NCBI GenBank assembly: GCA_964016885.1
Contig: OZ024744.1
Location: forward strand, 5,766,001 to 5,830,000
DNA from: Eledone cirrhosa
Lineage: Eukaryota
DNA length: 64,000 nt
Direction of reading: 5' to 3'
Shown here: in pieces, positions 25,601-40,900 of the stretch
Position numbering within the stretch: position 1 is the stretch's first letter
Layout of the letters: every line of letters starts with the position of its first letter
Position numbers and translations under genes: made by a program
The notes under the pieces: model-generated
Told to the model about the DNA's origin: nothing
The model's database searches: none
What the model saw: only the letters and a program-made list of their open reading frames with translations

Positions 25601-28600
25601 GACTGTTGAAGATACTGTTCACATATAACTGGAAAATTATTGAATATACTGTTAACATATAACTGGAAAGACTGTTTGATGTACTGTTATATAACTGGAA
25701 TGTCTGTTGGATATACTGTTAACATATAACTGGCAAGACTGTTGGAAATACTGTTAAGATATGACTGGAAAACTGTTGAATGTACTTTTAACATATAATT
25801 GGAAAGACTGTTGGATATACTGTTAACATATAACTGGAAAAACTGCTGAATATACTGTTAAAATATAAATGGAAATACTGTTGGATATAGTGTTAACATA
25901 ACATGAAAGACTGTTGGATATACTGTTAACATATAACTGGAAATACTGTTGGATATACTGTTATATAGCTGGAAAGACTGTTGGATGTACTGTTAACATA
26001 TAACTGGAAAGACAGTTGAATATACTGTTATACAACTGGAAAGACTGTTGGATATACTGTTAACATAACTGGAAAGACTGTTGGATATACTGTTAAAATA
26101 ACTGGAAAGACTGTTGGATATACTGTTAACATATAACTGGAATGACTGTTGGATATACTGTTATATAACTGGAAAGATTGTCGGATGTACTGTTAACATA
26201 TAACTGGAAATACTGTTGAATATACTGTTAACAAATAACTGGAAAGACTGTTGAAAATACTGTTAACATATAACTGGAAAGAATGTTGGATATACTGTCA
26301 ACATATAATTGGAAAGACTGTTGGATATAGCATTAACATATAACTGGAAAAGAATGTTGGATATACTGTTAACATATAACTGAAAAGACGTTTGAATATA
26401 CTGTTAACATATAACTGGAAAATTATTGAATATACTGTTAACATATAACTGGAAAGACCGTTGGATATACTGTTATATAACTGGAAAGACTGCTGAATAT
26501 ACTGTTAACATATAACTGGAAAGACTGTTGGATATACTGTTAACATATAACTGGAAAGACTGTTGGATATACTGGTAACATATAACTGGAAAGACTGTTG
26601 GGTATACAGTTAACATATAACTGGATAGACTGTTGGGTATACTGTTATATAACTGGAACGACTGTTGGAAATAATGTTAACATAAAACTGGAAAGACTGT
26701 TGAAAATACTGTTATATAACTGGACAGACTGTTGGATATAGCATTAACATATAACTGGAAAATACTGTTGAATATACTGTTAACATGTAACTGGATAGAC
26801 TGTTGAATATACTGTTATATAACTGGAAAGACTGTTGAATATACTGTTATATAACTGGAAAGACTGTTGAATATACTGTTAACATAACTGGAAAAACTGT
26901 TGGATATACTGTGAACATATAACTGGAAAGACTTTTGAAAATACTGTTAACATATAACTGGAAAGACTGTTGGATATACTGTTAACATATAACTGGAAAG
27001 ACTGTTGAATATACTGTTCACATATGACTGGAAAATTATTGAATATACTGTTAACATATAACTGGAAAGACTGTTGGATATACTGTCAGCATACAACTGG
27101 AAAGACTGCTGAATATACTGTTAACATATAACTGGAAAGACTGTTGGATATACTGTTAACATATAACTGGATAGACTGTTGGATATACTGTTAACATATA
27201 ACTGTAAAGACTGTTGGATATACTGTTAACATATAACTGTAAAGCCTGTTGGATATACTGTTATATAACTGGAAAGACTATTGAATATACTGTTATTTAA
27301 CTAGAAGGACTGTTGGATATACTGTTATATAATTGGAAAGGCTGTTGAATAGACTGTTAACAAATAACTGGAAAGACCGTTGGATTTACTGTTAACACGT
27401 AACTGGAAAGACTGTTGGAGTTACTGTTAACATATAACTGGAAAGACTGTTGAATATACTGTTAACAAATACCTGGAATGACTGTTCAAAATACTGTTAA
27501 CATATAACTGGAAAGAATGTTGGATATACTGTCAACATATAACTGGAAAGACTGTTGGATATACTGTTAACATATAACTGGAAAGACCGTTGAAAATACT
27601 GTTATATAACTGGAATGACTGTTGGATATAGCATTAACATATAACTGGAAAAAACTGTTGAATTTACTGTTAACATATACCTGAAAAACTATTGAATATA
27701 CTGTTCACATGTAACTGGAAAGACTGTTGGATATACTGTTATGTAACTGGAAAGACTGTTGGATATATTGTTAACATAACTGGAAAAAACTTTGGATATA
27801 CCGTTATACAACAGGAAAGACGGTTGGATATACTGTTAACATATTTACTGGGAAGACTGTTGGATATACTGTTAACATATAACTGGAAAGACTGTTGGAT
27901 ATACTGTTAACATATAATTGGAAAGACTGTTGGATATACTGTTATATAACTGGAAAGACTGTTGGATATACTGTTAACATAGAACTGGAAAGGCTGTTGA
28001 ATATACTGTTATATAACTGGAAAGACAGTTGGATATACTGCTATATAAATGGAAAGACTGTAGGATATACTGTTATATAACTGGAAAGACTGTTGGATAT
28101 ACTGTTAACATAGAACTGGAAAGACTGTTGGATATACTTTTATATAACCGGAAATACTGTTGAATATACTGTTAACATATAACTGGAAAGATTGTTAGAT
28201 ATACTGTCAACATATAACTGGAAAGACTGTTGAATATACTGTTAACATATAACTAGAAAGACTTGTATATAATGTTAACATATAACTGGAAAGACTGTTG
28301 GATATCTGTTAACATATAACTGGAAAGTCTGTTGGATATACTGTTAACATATAACTGGAAAGACTGTTGAATATACTGTTAACATATAACTAGGAAGATT
28401 TGTTTATAATGTTAACATATAACTGGAAAGACTGTTGGATATAGTGTTATATAACTGGAAAGTCTGTAGGATATACTGTTAACATATAACTGGAAAGACT
28501 GTTGGATATACTGTTAACATATAACTGGAAACACTGTTGGATATGCTCTTATATAACTGGAAAGACTGTAGGATATACTGTTAACCTATAACTGGAAAGA

Positions 28601-31600
28601 CTAGTGAATTTACTGTTAACATATAACTGGAAAACTTTTAGATATACTGTTAATATATAACTGGAAAGACTGTTGGATATACTGTTATATAATTGGAAAG
28701 ACTGTTGGATATACTGCTATATAAATGGAAAGACTTTTGGATATACTGTTATATAACTGGAAAGACTGTTGGATATACTGGAAATATATAACTGGAAAGA
28801 CTGTTGGATATACTGTTAACATATAACTGGATAGACTGTTGGATATATTGTTATATAACTTGAAAGACTGTTGGGTATACTGTTATATAACTGGAAAGAC
28901 TGTTGGATATATTGTTATATAACTGGAAAGACTGTTGGATATACTGTTAACATATAACTGTAAACACTGTTGGATATGCTCTTATATAACTGGAAAGACT
29001 GTAGGATATACTGTTAACATATAACCAGAAAGACTGTTGGATATACTGTTAACATATAACTGTAATACTGTTAGATATACTGTAAATATATAACTGGAAA
29101 GACTGTTGGATATACTGTAATATAACTGGAAAGACTGTTGGATATACTATCAACATATAACTGGAAAGACTGTTGGATATACTGTTAACATATAACTGGA
29201 AAGACTGTTGGATATACTGTTAACATAGAACTGGAAAGGCTGTTGAATATACTGTTATATAACTGGAAAGACTGTTGGATATACTGCTATATAAATGGAA
29301 AGACTGTAGGATATACTGTTATATAACTGGAAAGACTGTTGGATATACTGTTAACATAGAACTGGAAAGACTGTTGGATATACATTTATATAACCGGAAA
29401 TACTGTTGAATATACTGTTAACATATAACTGGAAAGATTGTTAGATATACTGTCAACATATAACTGGAAAAACTGTTGAATATACTGTTAACATATAACT
29501 AGAAAGACTTGTATATAATGTTAACATATAACTGGAAAGACTGTTGGATATCTGTTAACATATAACTGGAAAGACTGTTGGATATACTGTTAACATATAA
29601 CTGGAAAGACTGTTGAATATACTGTTAACATATAACTAGGAAGATTTGTTTATAATGTTAACATATAACTGGAAAGACTGTTGGATATAGTGTTATATAA
29701 CTGGAAAGTCTGTAGGATATACTGTTAACATATAACTGGAAAGACTGTTGGATATACTGTTAACATATAACTGGAAACACTGTTGGATATGCTCTTATAT
29801 AACTGGAAAGACTGTAGGATATACTGTTAACCTATAACTGGAAAGACTAGTGAATTTACTTTTAACATATAACTGGAAAACTTTTAGATATACTGTTAAT
29901 ATATAACTGGAAAGACTGTTGGATATACTGTTATATAATTGGAAAGACTGTTGGATATACTGCTATATAAATGGAAAGACTTTTGGATATACTGTTATAT
30001 AACTGGAAAGACTGTTGGATATACTGGAAATATATAACTGGAAAGACTGTTGGATATACTGTTAACATATAACTGGATAGACTGTTGGATATATTGTTAT
30101 ATAACTTGAAAGACTGTTGGGTATACTGTTATATAACTGGAAAGACTGTTGGATATATTGTTATATAACTGGAAAGACTGTTGGATATACTGTTAACATA
30201 TAACTGTAAACACTGTTGGATATGCTCTTATATAACTGGAAAGACTGTAGGATATACTGTTAACATATAACCAGAAAGACTGTTGGATATACTGTTAACA
30301 TATAACTGTAATACTGTTAGATATACTGTAAATATATAACTGGAAAGACTGTTGGATATACTGTAATATAACTGGAAAGACTGTTGGATATACTATCAAC
30401 ATATAACTGGAAAGACTGTTGGATATACTGTTAACATATAACTGGAAAGACTGTTGGATATAATGTTAACATATAAATTGAATTACTGTTGGATATACTG
30501 TTATATAACTGGAAAATCTGTTGGATATACTGTTAACATATAACTGGAAAGACTGTTGAATATACTGTTAACATATAGCTGGAAAGACTGTTGGATATAC
30601 TGGTAACATATAACTGGAAAGACTGTTGTATATACTGTTATATAACTGGAAAGACTGTTGGATATACTGTTACCCTATAACTGGTAAGACTGTTGAATAT
30701 ACTGTTATATAACCGGAAATACTGTTGAATATACTGTTAATATATAACCGGAATGACTGTTGGATATACTGTTAACAAATAATTGGAAAGACTGTTGAAT
30801 ATACTGTTATATAACTGATAAGACTGTTGAATATACTGTTAACATATAACTGGAAAGACTGTTGAATATACTGTTATATAACTGGAAACACTGTTGGATA
30901 TACTGTTAACATATAACTGGAAAGACTGTTGGATTTACTGTTAACATATAACTGGAAAGACTGTTGAATATACTGTTAATATATAACTGGAAAGACTATT
31001 GGGTATACTGTTATATACTTGTAAAGGCTGTTGTATATAGTGTTAACATATAACTGGAAAGACTGATGGATATACTGTTAACATATAACTGGAAGACTGT
31101 TGGATATACTGTTATGTAACTGCAAAGACTGTTGTATATACTGATATATAAGTGGAAAGACTGTTGAGTATACTATTATATAACTGGAAAGACTGTTGAA
31201 CATATTGTTATATAACTGGAAAGACTGTTGAATATACTGTAAACATATAACTGGAAAGACTGTTCGATATACTGTTAACATATAACTGGAAAGACTGTAC
31301 GATATACTGTTATCATATAACTGGAAAGACTGTACGATATACTGTTAACATATAACTGGAAAACTGTTAGATATACTGTTCACATATAACTGGAAAGACT
31401 GTTGGATATAATGTTATATACCTGGAAAGACTGTTGAAGATACTGTTATATAATTGGAAAGACTGTTCAATATACTGTTATATAACTGGAAAGACTGTTG
31501 GATATACTCCTAACATATAACTGGAAAGACCGTTGGATATACTGTTATCATATATCTGGAAAGACTGTTTGATATACTGTTATATAACTGGAAAGTCTGG

Positions 31601-34600
31601 TGAATATACTGTTAACATATTACCGGAAAGACTGCTGGATATACTGTTATATAACTGGAAAGACTGTTGGTTATACAGTTATATAAATGGAAAGACTGTT
31701 GGATATACTGTTAACATAAAACTGGAAAGACTGTTGGGAATACTGTTATATAACTGGAAAGACTGTTGAATATACTGTTAACATATAACTGGAATGTCTG
31801 TTGGATATACTGTTAACATATAAGTTGAAAGACTGTTGGATATACTTCTAACATTTAACTGGAAGACTGTTCAATATACTGTTAACATATAACTGGAAAG
31901 ACTATTCAATATACTGTTAACATATAACCGGAAACACTGTTGGATATACTGTTAATATATAACTGGAAAGACTGTTGGATATACTGTTACCCTATAACTG
32001 GAAACAGTGGTGAATATACTGTTAACATATAACTGGAAAGACTGTTGGATATACTGTTATATAACTGGAAATACTGTTGGATATACAGTTATATAACTGG
32101 AAAGACTGTTGGATATACTGTTAACATATAACTGGAAAGACTGTTGGGAATACTGTTATATAACTGGAAAGACTGTTGAATATACTGTTAACATATAACT
32201 GGAAAGACCGTTGGATATACTGTTAACACATAACTGGAAAGACTGTAGGATATGCTGTTATCATATAACTGGAAAGACTGTTGGATATACTGTTAACATA
32301 GAACTCGAAAGACTGTTGGATATACTGTTATATAACTGGAAAGACTGTTCGATATACTGTTATATAACTGGAAAAACTGTTGAATATACTGTTAACATAT
32401 AACTGCAAAGACTGTTCGACATACTGTTAACATATAACTGGAAAACTGTTAGATATACTGTTAACATATAACTGGAAAGACTGTTGGATATAATGTTATA
32501 TAACTGGAAAGAGTTTTGAATATACTGTTATATAACTGGAAAGACTGTTCAATATACTGTTATATAACTGGAAAGATTGTTGGATATACTCCTAACATAT
32601 AACTGGAAAGACCGTTGGATATACTGTTAACATATATCTGGAAAGACTGTTTGATATACTGTTATATAACTGGAAAGTCTGTTGGATATACTGTTAACAT
32701 ATAACTGGAAACACTGTTGGATATTCTGTTAATATATAACTGGAAAGACTGTTGAATATACTGTTAACATATAACTGGAAAGACTGTAGGATATGCTGTT
32801 ATCATATAACTGGAAAGTCTGTTAGATATACTGTTAACATAGAACTGGAAAACTGTTAGATATACTGTTAACATATAACTGGAAAGACTGTTGGATATAA
32901 TGTTATATAACTGGAAAGACTGTTGAATATACTGTTATATAACTGGAAAGATTGTTGGATATACTCCTAACATATAACTGGAAAGACCGTTGGATATACT
33001 GTTAACATATATCTGGAAAGAGTGTTGGATATACTGTTATATAACTGGAAAGTCTGGTGAATATACTGTTAACATATAACTGGAAAACTGTTAGATATAC
33101 TGTTAACATATTACTGGAAAGACTGTTGGATATACTGTTATATAACTGGAAAGACTGTTGGATATGCAGTTATATAACTGGAAAGACTGTTGGATATACT
33201 GTTGACATAAAACTGGAAAGACTGTTGGGAATACTGTTATATAACTGGAAAGACTGTTGAATATACTGTTAACATATAACTGGAAAGGCTGTAGGATATA
33301 CTGTTAACATATAACTGGAAAGACTGTTGGATATACTTCTAACATATAACTGGAAGACTGTTCAATATACTGTTAACATATAACTGGAAAGACTATTCAA
33401 TATACTGTTAACATATAACAGGAAAGACTGTTGATTATACTGTTAACATATAACTGGAAAGAATGTTGGATATCTGTTAACATATAACTGGAAAGACTGT
33501 TGGATATACTGTTATATAACTGGAAAGACTGTTGGATATACTGTTAACATATAACTGGAAAGACTATTGAATAAACTGTTATATTACTCAAAAGACTGTT
33601 GGATATATTGTTAACATATAACTGGAAAGACTGTTGAATATACTGTTATATAACTGGAAAGACTGTACGATATACCGTTAACATATAACTGGAAACATTG
33701 TTGGATATACTGTTAATATATAACTGCAAAGACTGTTGGATATACTGTTACCCTATAACTGGAAACAGTGGTGAATATACTGTTAACATATAACTGGAAA
33801 ACTGTTAGATATACTGTTAACATATAACTGGAAAGACTGTTGGATATACTGTTATATAACTGGAAAGACTGTTGGATATACTGTTAACATATAACTGGAA
33901 AGACTGTTGGGAATACTGTTATATAACTGGAAAGACAGTTGAACATACTGTTGACATATAACTGGAAAGACCGTTGGATATACTGTTAACATATAACTGG
34001 AAAGACTGTAGGATATGCTGTTAACATATAACTGGAAAGACTGTTGGATATACTGTGAACATAGAACTGGAAAGACTGTTGGATATACTGTTATATACCT
34101 GGAAAGACTGTTCGATATACTGTTATATAACTGGAAAAACTGTTGAATATACTGTTAACATATAACTGGAAAGACTGTTGGATATACTGTTAACATATAT
34201 CTGGAAAGACAGTTTGATATACTGTTATATAACTGGAAAGTCTGTTGGATATACTGTTAACATATAACTGGAAAGACTGTTGAATATACTGTTAACATAT
34301 AACTGGAAAGACTGTTGGGTATACTGTTAACAAATAACTGGAAAGACTGTTGAATATACTGTTAACATATAACTAGAAAGACTTGTATATAATGTTAACA
34401 TATAACTGGAAAGACTGTTGGATATAGTGTTAACATATAACTGGAAAGACTGTTGGATATACTGTTAACGTATAACTGGAAAGAATGTTGAACATACTGT
34501 TAGATAACTGGAAAGACTGTTGGATATACTGTTAACATATAACTGGAAAGACTGTTGTATATACTGTTATATAACCGGAAATACTGTTGAATATACTGTT

Positions 34601-34995
34601 AATATATAACTGGAAAGACTATTGGGTATACTGTTATATACTTGGAAAGACTGTTGGATATAGTGTTATATAACTGGAAAGACTGTTGGATATAGTGTTA
34701 ACATGTAACTGGAAAGACTGTTGGATATACTGTTATATAACTGGAAACAGTGTTGGATATACTGTTATATAACTGCAAAGACTGTTGTATATACTGATAT
34801 ATAACTGGAAAGACTGTTGAGTATACTATTATATAACTGAAAAGTCTGTTGGATATACTGTTATATAACTGGAAAGACTGTTGGATATACTGTTGTATAA
34901 CTGGAAAGACTGTTGCATATACTGTTATATAACTGGAAAGACTGTTCGATAAGCTGTTAACATATAACTGGAAAGACTTTTGAATATACTGTTAA
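10633..34995 (+). repeat. About 24.4-kb satellite, monomer CTGGAAAGACTGTTGGATATACTGTT(AAC)ATATAA (35 or 32 bp)
   Basis: Uninterrupted tandem array with point variants and local higher-order duplications. Confidence 0.98.
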
Positions 34996-37900
34996 TCTTG
35001 GTGGTAATATTAACGTTGGTGGTAATAGTAATGTTGGTGGTAGTAGTAATGATGGTGGTAATAGTAATGTTGGTAGTAGTAGTAATGTTGGTGGTAGTAG
35101 TAATGTTGGTGGTAATATTAACGTTGGTGGTAATAGTAATGTTGGTAGTAGTAGTAATGTTGGTAGTAATAGTAATGTTGGTGGTAGTAGTAATGTTGGT
35201 GGTAATAGTAATGTTGGTGGTAATAGTAATGTTGGTAGTAAGAGTAATGTTGGTGGTAGTAGTAATGTTGGTAGTAGTAGTAATGTTGGTAGTAATAGTA
35301 ATGTTGGTGGTAGTAGTAATGTTGGTGGTAGTAGTAATGTTGGTGGTAGTAGTAATGTTGGTATTAATAGTAATGTTGGTGGTAGTAGTAATGTTGGTGG
35401 TAGTAGTAATGTTGGTGGTAGTAGTAATGTTGGTGGTAGTAGTAATGTTGGTGGTAGTAGTAATGTTGGTAGTAGTAGTAATGTTGGTGGTAGTAGTAAT
35501 GTTGGTGGTAGTAGTAATGTTGGTAGTAGTAGTAATGTTGGTGGTAGTAGTAATGTTGGTAGTAGTAGTAATGTTGGTGGTAGTAGTAATGTTGGTAGTA
35601 GTAGTAATGTTGGTAGTAGTAGTAGTAATGTTGGTGGTAGTAGTAATGTTGGTAGTAGTAGTAATGTTGGTGGTAGTAGTAATGTTGGTAGTAGTAGTAA
35701 TGTTGGTGGTAGTAGTAATGTTGGTGGTAGTAATGTTGGTGGTAGTAATGTTGGTGGTAGTAGTAATGTTGGTGGTAGTAGTAATGTTGGTAGTAGTAGT
35801 AATGTTGGTAGTAGTAGTAATGTTGGTAGTAGTAGTAATGTTGGTGGTAGTAGTAATGTTGGTAGTAGTAATGTTGGTGGTAGTAGTAATGTTGGTGGTA
35901 GTAGTAATGTTGGTGGTAGTAGTAATGTTGGTGGTAGTAATGTTGGTGGTAGTAGTAATGTTGGTGGTAGTAGTAATGTTGGTGGTAGTAGTAATGTTGG
36001 TGGTAGTAATAATGTTGGTAGTAGTAGTAATGTTGGTGGTAGTAATAATGTTGGCAGTAGTAGTAATGTTGGTGGTAGTAGTAATGTTGGTGGTAGTAGT
36101 AATGTTGGTAGTAGTAGTAATGTTGGTGGTAGTAGTAATGTTGGTAGTAGTAGTAATGTTGGTGGTAATAGTAATGTTGGTGGTAGTAGTAATGTTGGTG
36201 GTAGTAATAATGTTGGCAGTAGTAGTAATGTTGGTGGTAGTAATAATGTTGGCAGTAGTAGTAATGTTGGTGGTAGTAGTAATGTTGGTAGTAGTAGTAA
36301 TGTTGGTAGTAGTAGTAATGTTGGTGGTAGTAGTAATGTTGGTGGTAGTAGTAATGTTGGTAGTAGTAGTAATGTTGGTGGTAGTAATAATGTTGGCAGT
36401 AGTAGTAATGTTGGTGGTAGTAATAATGTTGGCAGTAGTAGTAATGTTGGTGGTAGTAGTAATGTTGGTGGTAGTAGTAATGTTGGTGGTAGTAGTAATG
36501 TTGGTAGTAGTAGTAATGTTGGTGGTAGTAATAATGTTGGCAGTAGTAGTAATGTTGGTGGTAGTAATAATGTTGGCAGTAGTAGTAATGTTGGTGGTAG
36601 TAGTAATGTTGGTGGTAGTAGTAATGTTGGTAGTAGTAATGTTGGTGGTAGTAATAATGTTGGCAGTAGTAGTAATGTTGGTGGTAGTAGTAATGTTGGT
36701 AGTAGTAATGTTGGTGGTAGTAGTAATGTTGGTGGTAGTAGTAATGTTGGTGGTAGTAGTAATGTTGGTGGTAGTAGTAATGTTGGTGGTAGTAGTAATG
36801 TTGGTAGTAGTAGTAATGTTGGTGGTAGTAATAATGTTGGCAGTAGTAGTAATGTTGGTGGTAGTAATAATGTTGGCAGTAGTAGTAATGTTGGTGGTAG
36901 TAGTAATGTTGGTGGTAGTAGTAATGTTGGTGGTAGTAGTAATGTTGGTGGTAGTAGTAATGTTGGTGGTAGTAGTAATGTTGGTGGTAGTAGTAATGTT
37001 GGTGGTAGTAGTAATGTTGGTGGTAGTAGTAATGTTGGTAGTAGTAGTAATGTTGGTGGTAGTAGTAATGTTGGTGGTAGTAGTAATGTTGGTGGTAGTA
37101 GTAATGTTGGTAGTAGTAGTAATGTTGGTGGTAGTAGTAATGTTGGTGGTAGTAGTAATGTTGGTGGTAGTAGTAATGTTGGTGGTAGTAGTAATGTTGG
37201 TGGTAGTAGTAATGTTGGTGGTAGTAGTAATGTTGGTAGTAGTAGTAATGTTGGTGGTAGTAGTAATGTTGGTAGTAGTAATGTTGGTGGTAGTAGTAAT
37301 GTTGGTGGTAGTAATAATGTTGGCAGTAGTAGTAATGTTGGTAGTAGTAATGTTGGTGGTAGTAGTAATGTTGGTGGTAGTAGTAATGTTGGTGGTAGTA
37401 GTAATGTTGGTGGTAGTAATAATGTTGGCAGTAGTAGTAATGTTGGTGGTAGTAGTAATGTTGGTAGTAGTAGTAATGTTGGTGGTAGTAGTAATGTTGG
37501 TAGTAGTAGTAATGTTGGTGGTAGTAGTAATGTTGGTAGTAGTAGTAATGTTGGTGGTAGTAGTAATGTTGGTGGTAGTAGTAATGTTGGTGGTAGTAGT
37601 AATGTTGGTGGTAGTAGTAATGTTGGTGGTAGTAGTAATGTTGGTGGTAGTAGTAATGTTGGTGGTAGTAGTAATGTTGGTGGTAGTAGTAATGTTGGTA
37701 GTAGTAGTAATGTTGGTAGTAGTAGTAATGTTGGTGGTAGTAGTAATGTTGGTGGTAGTAGTAATGTTGGTAGTAGTAATGTTGGTAGTAGTAATGTTGG
37801 TGGTAGTAGTAATGTTGGTGGTAGTAGTAATGTTGGTAGTAGTAATGTTGGTGGTAGTAGTAATGTTGGTGGTAGTAATAATGTTGGTGGTAGTAGTAAT

Positions 37901-40900
37901 GTTGGTAGTAGTAATGTTGGTGGTAGTAGTAATGTTGGTGGTAGTAGTAATGTTGGTAGTAGTAGTAATGTTGGTGGTAGTAGTAATGTTGGTAGTAGTA
38001 ATGTTGGTGGTAGTAGTAATGTTGGTAGTAGTAATGTTGGTGGTAGTAGTAATGTTGGTGGTAGTAATAATGTTGGTGGTAGTAGTAATGTTGGTAGTAG
38101 TAATGTTGGTGGTAGTAGTAATGTTGGTAGTAGTAATGTTGGTGGTAGTAGTAATGTTGGTGGTAGTAATAATGTTGGTGGTAGTAGTAATGTTGGTGGT
38201 AGTAGTAATGTTGGTAGTAGTAATGTTGGTGGTAGTAGTAATGTTGGTGGTAGTAATAATGTTGGTGGTAGTAATAATGTTGGTGGTAGTAGTAATGTTG
38301 GTGGTAGTAGTAATGTTGGTGGTAGTAGTAATGTTGGTGGTAGTAGTAATGTTGGTGGTAGTAGTAATGTTGGTGGTAGTAGTAATGTTGGTGGTAGTAG
38401 TAATGTTGGTGGTAGTAATAATGTTGGTAGTAGTAATGTTGGTGGTAGTAGTAATGTTGGTGGTAGTAGTAATGTTGGTAGTAGTAGTAATGTTGGTGGT
38501 AGTAGTAATGTTGGTAGTAGTAATGTTGGTGGTAGTAGTAATGTTGGTAGTAGTAATGTTGGTGGTAGTAGTAATGTTGGTGGTATTAGTAATGTTGGTA
38601 GTAGTAATGTTGGTGGTAATAGTAATGTTGGTGGTAATAGTAATGTTGGTGGTAGTAGTAATGTTGGTGGTAGTAATAATGTTGGTGGTAGTAGTAATGT
38701 TGGTAGTAGTAATGTTGGTGGTAGTAGTAATGTTGGTAGTAGTAATGTTGGTGGTAGTAGTAATGTTGGTGGTAGTAATAATGTTGGTGGTAGTAGTAAT
38801 GTTGGTAGTAGTAATGTTGGTGGTAGTAGTAATGTTGGTAGTAGTAATGTTGGTGGTAGTAGTAATGTTGGTGGTAGTAATAATGTTGGTGGTAGTAGTA
38901 ATGTTGGTAGTAGTAATGTTGGTGGTAGTAGTAATGTTGGTAGTAGTAATGTTGGTGGTAGTAGTAATGTTGGTAGTAGTAATGTTGGTGGTAGTAGTAA
39001 TGTTGGTAGTAGTAATGTTGGTGGTAGTAGTAATGTTGGTGGTAGTAGTAATGTTGGTAGTAATAGTAATGTTGGTGGTAGTAATGTTGGTGGTAGTAGT
39101 AATGTTGGTGGTAGTAGTAATGTTGGTGGTAGTAGTAATGTTGGTGGTAGTAGTAATGTTGGTGGTAGTAGTCATGTTGGTGGTAGTAGTAATGTTGGTA
39201 GTAGTAATGTTGGTAGTAGTAGTAATGTTGGTGGTAGTAGTAATGTTGGTAGTAGTAGTAATGTTGGTGGTAGTAGTAATGTTGGTAGTAGTAGTAATGT
39301 TGGTGGTAGTAGTAATGTTGGTAGTAGTAATGTTGGTGGTAGTAGTAATGTTGGTGGTAGTAGTAATGTTGGTGGTAGTAGTAATGTTGGTGGTAGTAAT
39401 AATGTTGGTGGTAGTAGTAATGTTGGTGGTAGTAGTAATGTTGGTGGTAGTAGTAATGTTGGTGGTAGTAGTAATGTTGGTGGTAGTAGTAATGTTGGTA
39501 GTAGTAATGTTGGTAGTAGTAGTAATGTTGGTGGTAGTAGTAATGTTGGTAGTAGTAATGTTGGTAGTAGTAGTAATGTTGGTGGTAGTAGTAATGTTGG
39601 TAGTAGTAATGTTGGTGGTAGTAGTAATGTTGGTGGTAGTAGTAATGTTGGTGGTAGTAGTAATGTTGGTGGTAGTAATAATGTTGGTGGTAGTAGTAAT
39701 GTTGGTGGTAGTAGTAATGTTGGTGGTAGTAGTAATGTTGGTAGTAGTAATGTTGGTGGTAGTAGTAATGTTGGTGGTAGTAGTAATGTTGGTGGTAGTA
39801 GTAATGTTGGTGGTAGTAGTAATGTTGGTGGTAGTAGTGATGTTGGTAGTAGTAGTAATGTTGGTAGTAGTAGTAATGTTGGTGGTAGTAGTAATGTTGG
39901 TAGTAGTAATGTTGGTAGTAGTAACGTTGGTGGTAGTAGTAATGTTGGTGGTAGTAGTAATGTTGGTAGTAGTAATGTTGGTGGTAGTAGTAATGTTGGT
40001 GGTAGTAGTAATGTTGGTGGTAGTAGTAATGTTGGTAGTAGTAGTAATGTTGGTGGTAGTAGTAATGTTGGTGGTAGTAGTAATGTTGGTGGTAGTAGTG
40101 ATGTTGGTAGTAGTAGTAATGTTGGTAGTAGTAGTAATGTTGGTGGTAGTAGTAATGTTGGTGGTAGTAGTAATGTTGGTGGTAGTAGTGATGTTGGTAG
40201 TAGTAGTAATGTTGGTAGTAGTAGTAATGTTGGTGGTAGTAGTAATGTTGGTGGTAGTAGTAATGTTGGTAGTAGTAGTAATGTTGGTGGTAGTAGTAAT
40301 GTTGGTAGTAGTAGTAATGTTGGTGGTAGTAGTAATGTTGGTGGTAGTAGTAATGTTGGTGGTAGTAGTAATGTTGGTAGTAGTAGTAATGTTGGTGGTA
40401 GTAGTAATGTTGGTAGTAGTAGTAATGTTGGTGGTAGTAGTAATGTTGGTGGTAGTAGTAATGTTGGTGGTAGTAGTAATGTTGGTGGTAGTAGTAATGT
40501 TGGTGGTAGTAGTGATGTTGGTAGTAGTAATGTTGGTGGTAGTAGTAATGTTGGTAGTAGTAGTAATGTTGGTGGTAGTAGTAATGTTGGTGGTAGTAGT
40601 AATGTTGGTGGTAGTAGTAATGTTGGTGGTAGTAGTAATGTTGGTGGTAGTAGTAATGTTGGTGGTAGTAGTAATGTTGGTGGTAGCAGTAATGTTGGTG
40701 GTAGTAGTAATGTTGGTAGTAGTAGTAATGTTGGTGGTAGTAGTAATGTTGGTGGTAGTAGTAATGTTGGTGGTAGTAGTAATGTTGGTGGTAGTAGTAA
40801 TGTTGGTAGTAGTAGTAATGTTGGTGGTAGTAGTAATGTTGGTGGTAGTAGTAATGTTGGTGGTAGTAGTAATGTTGGTGGTAGTAGTAATGTTGGTGGT

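Noticed and set aside
11561-33260. Short ORFs such as MNILLTYNWKDCWIYC
   Set aside because: Chance read-through of satellite monomers.
10633-34995. 35-bp repeats as a CRISPR array
   Set aside because: Monomers are head-to-tail with no unique spacers, there are no cas genes, and the context is eukaryotic.
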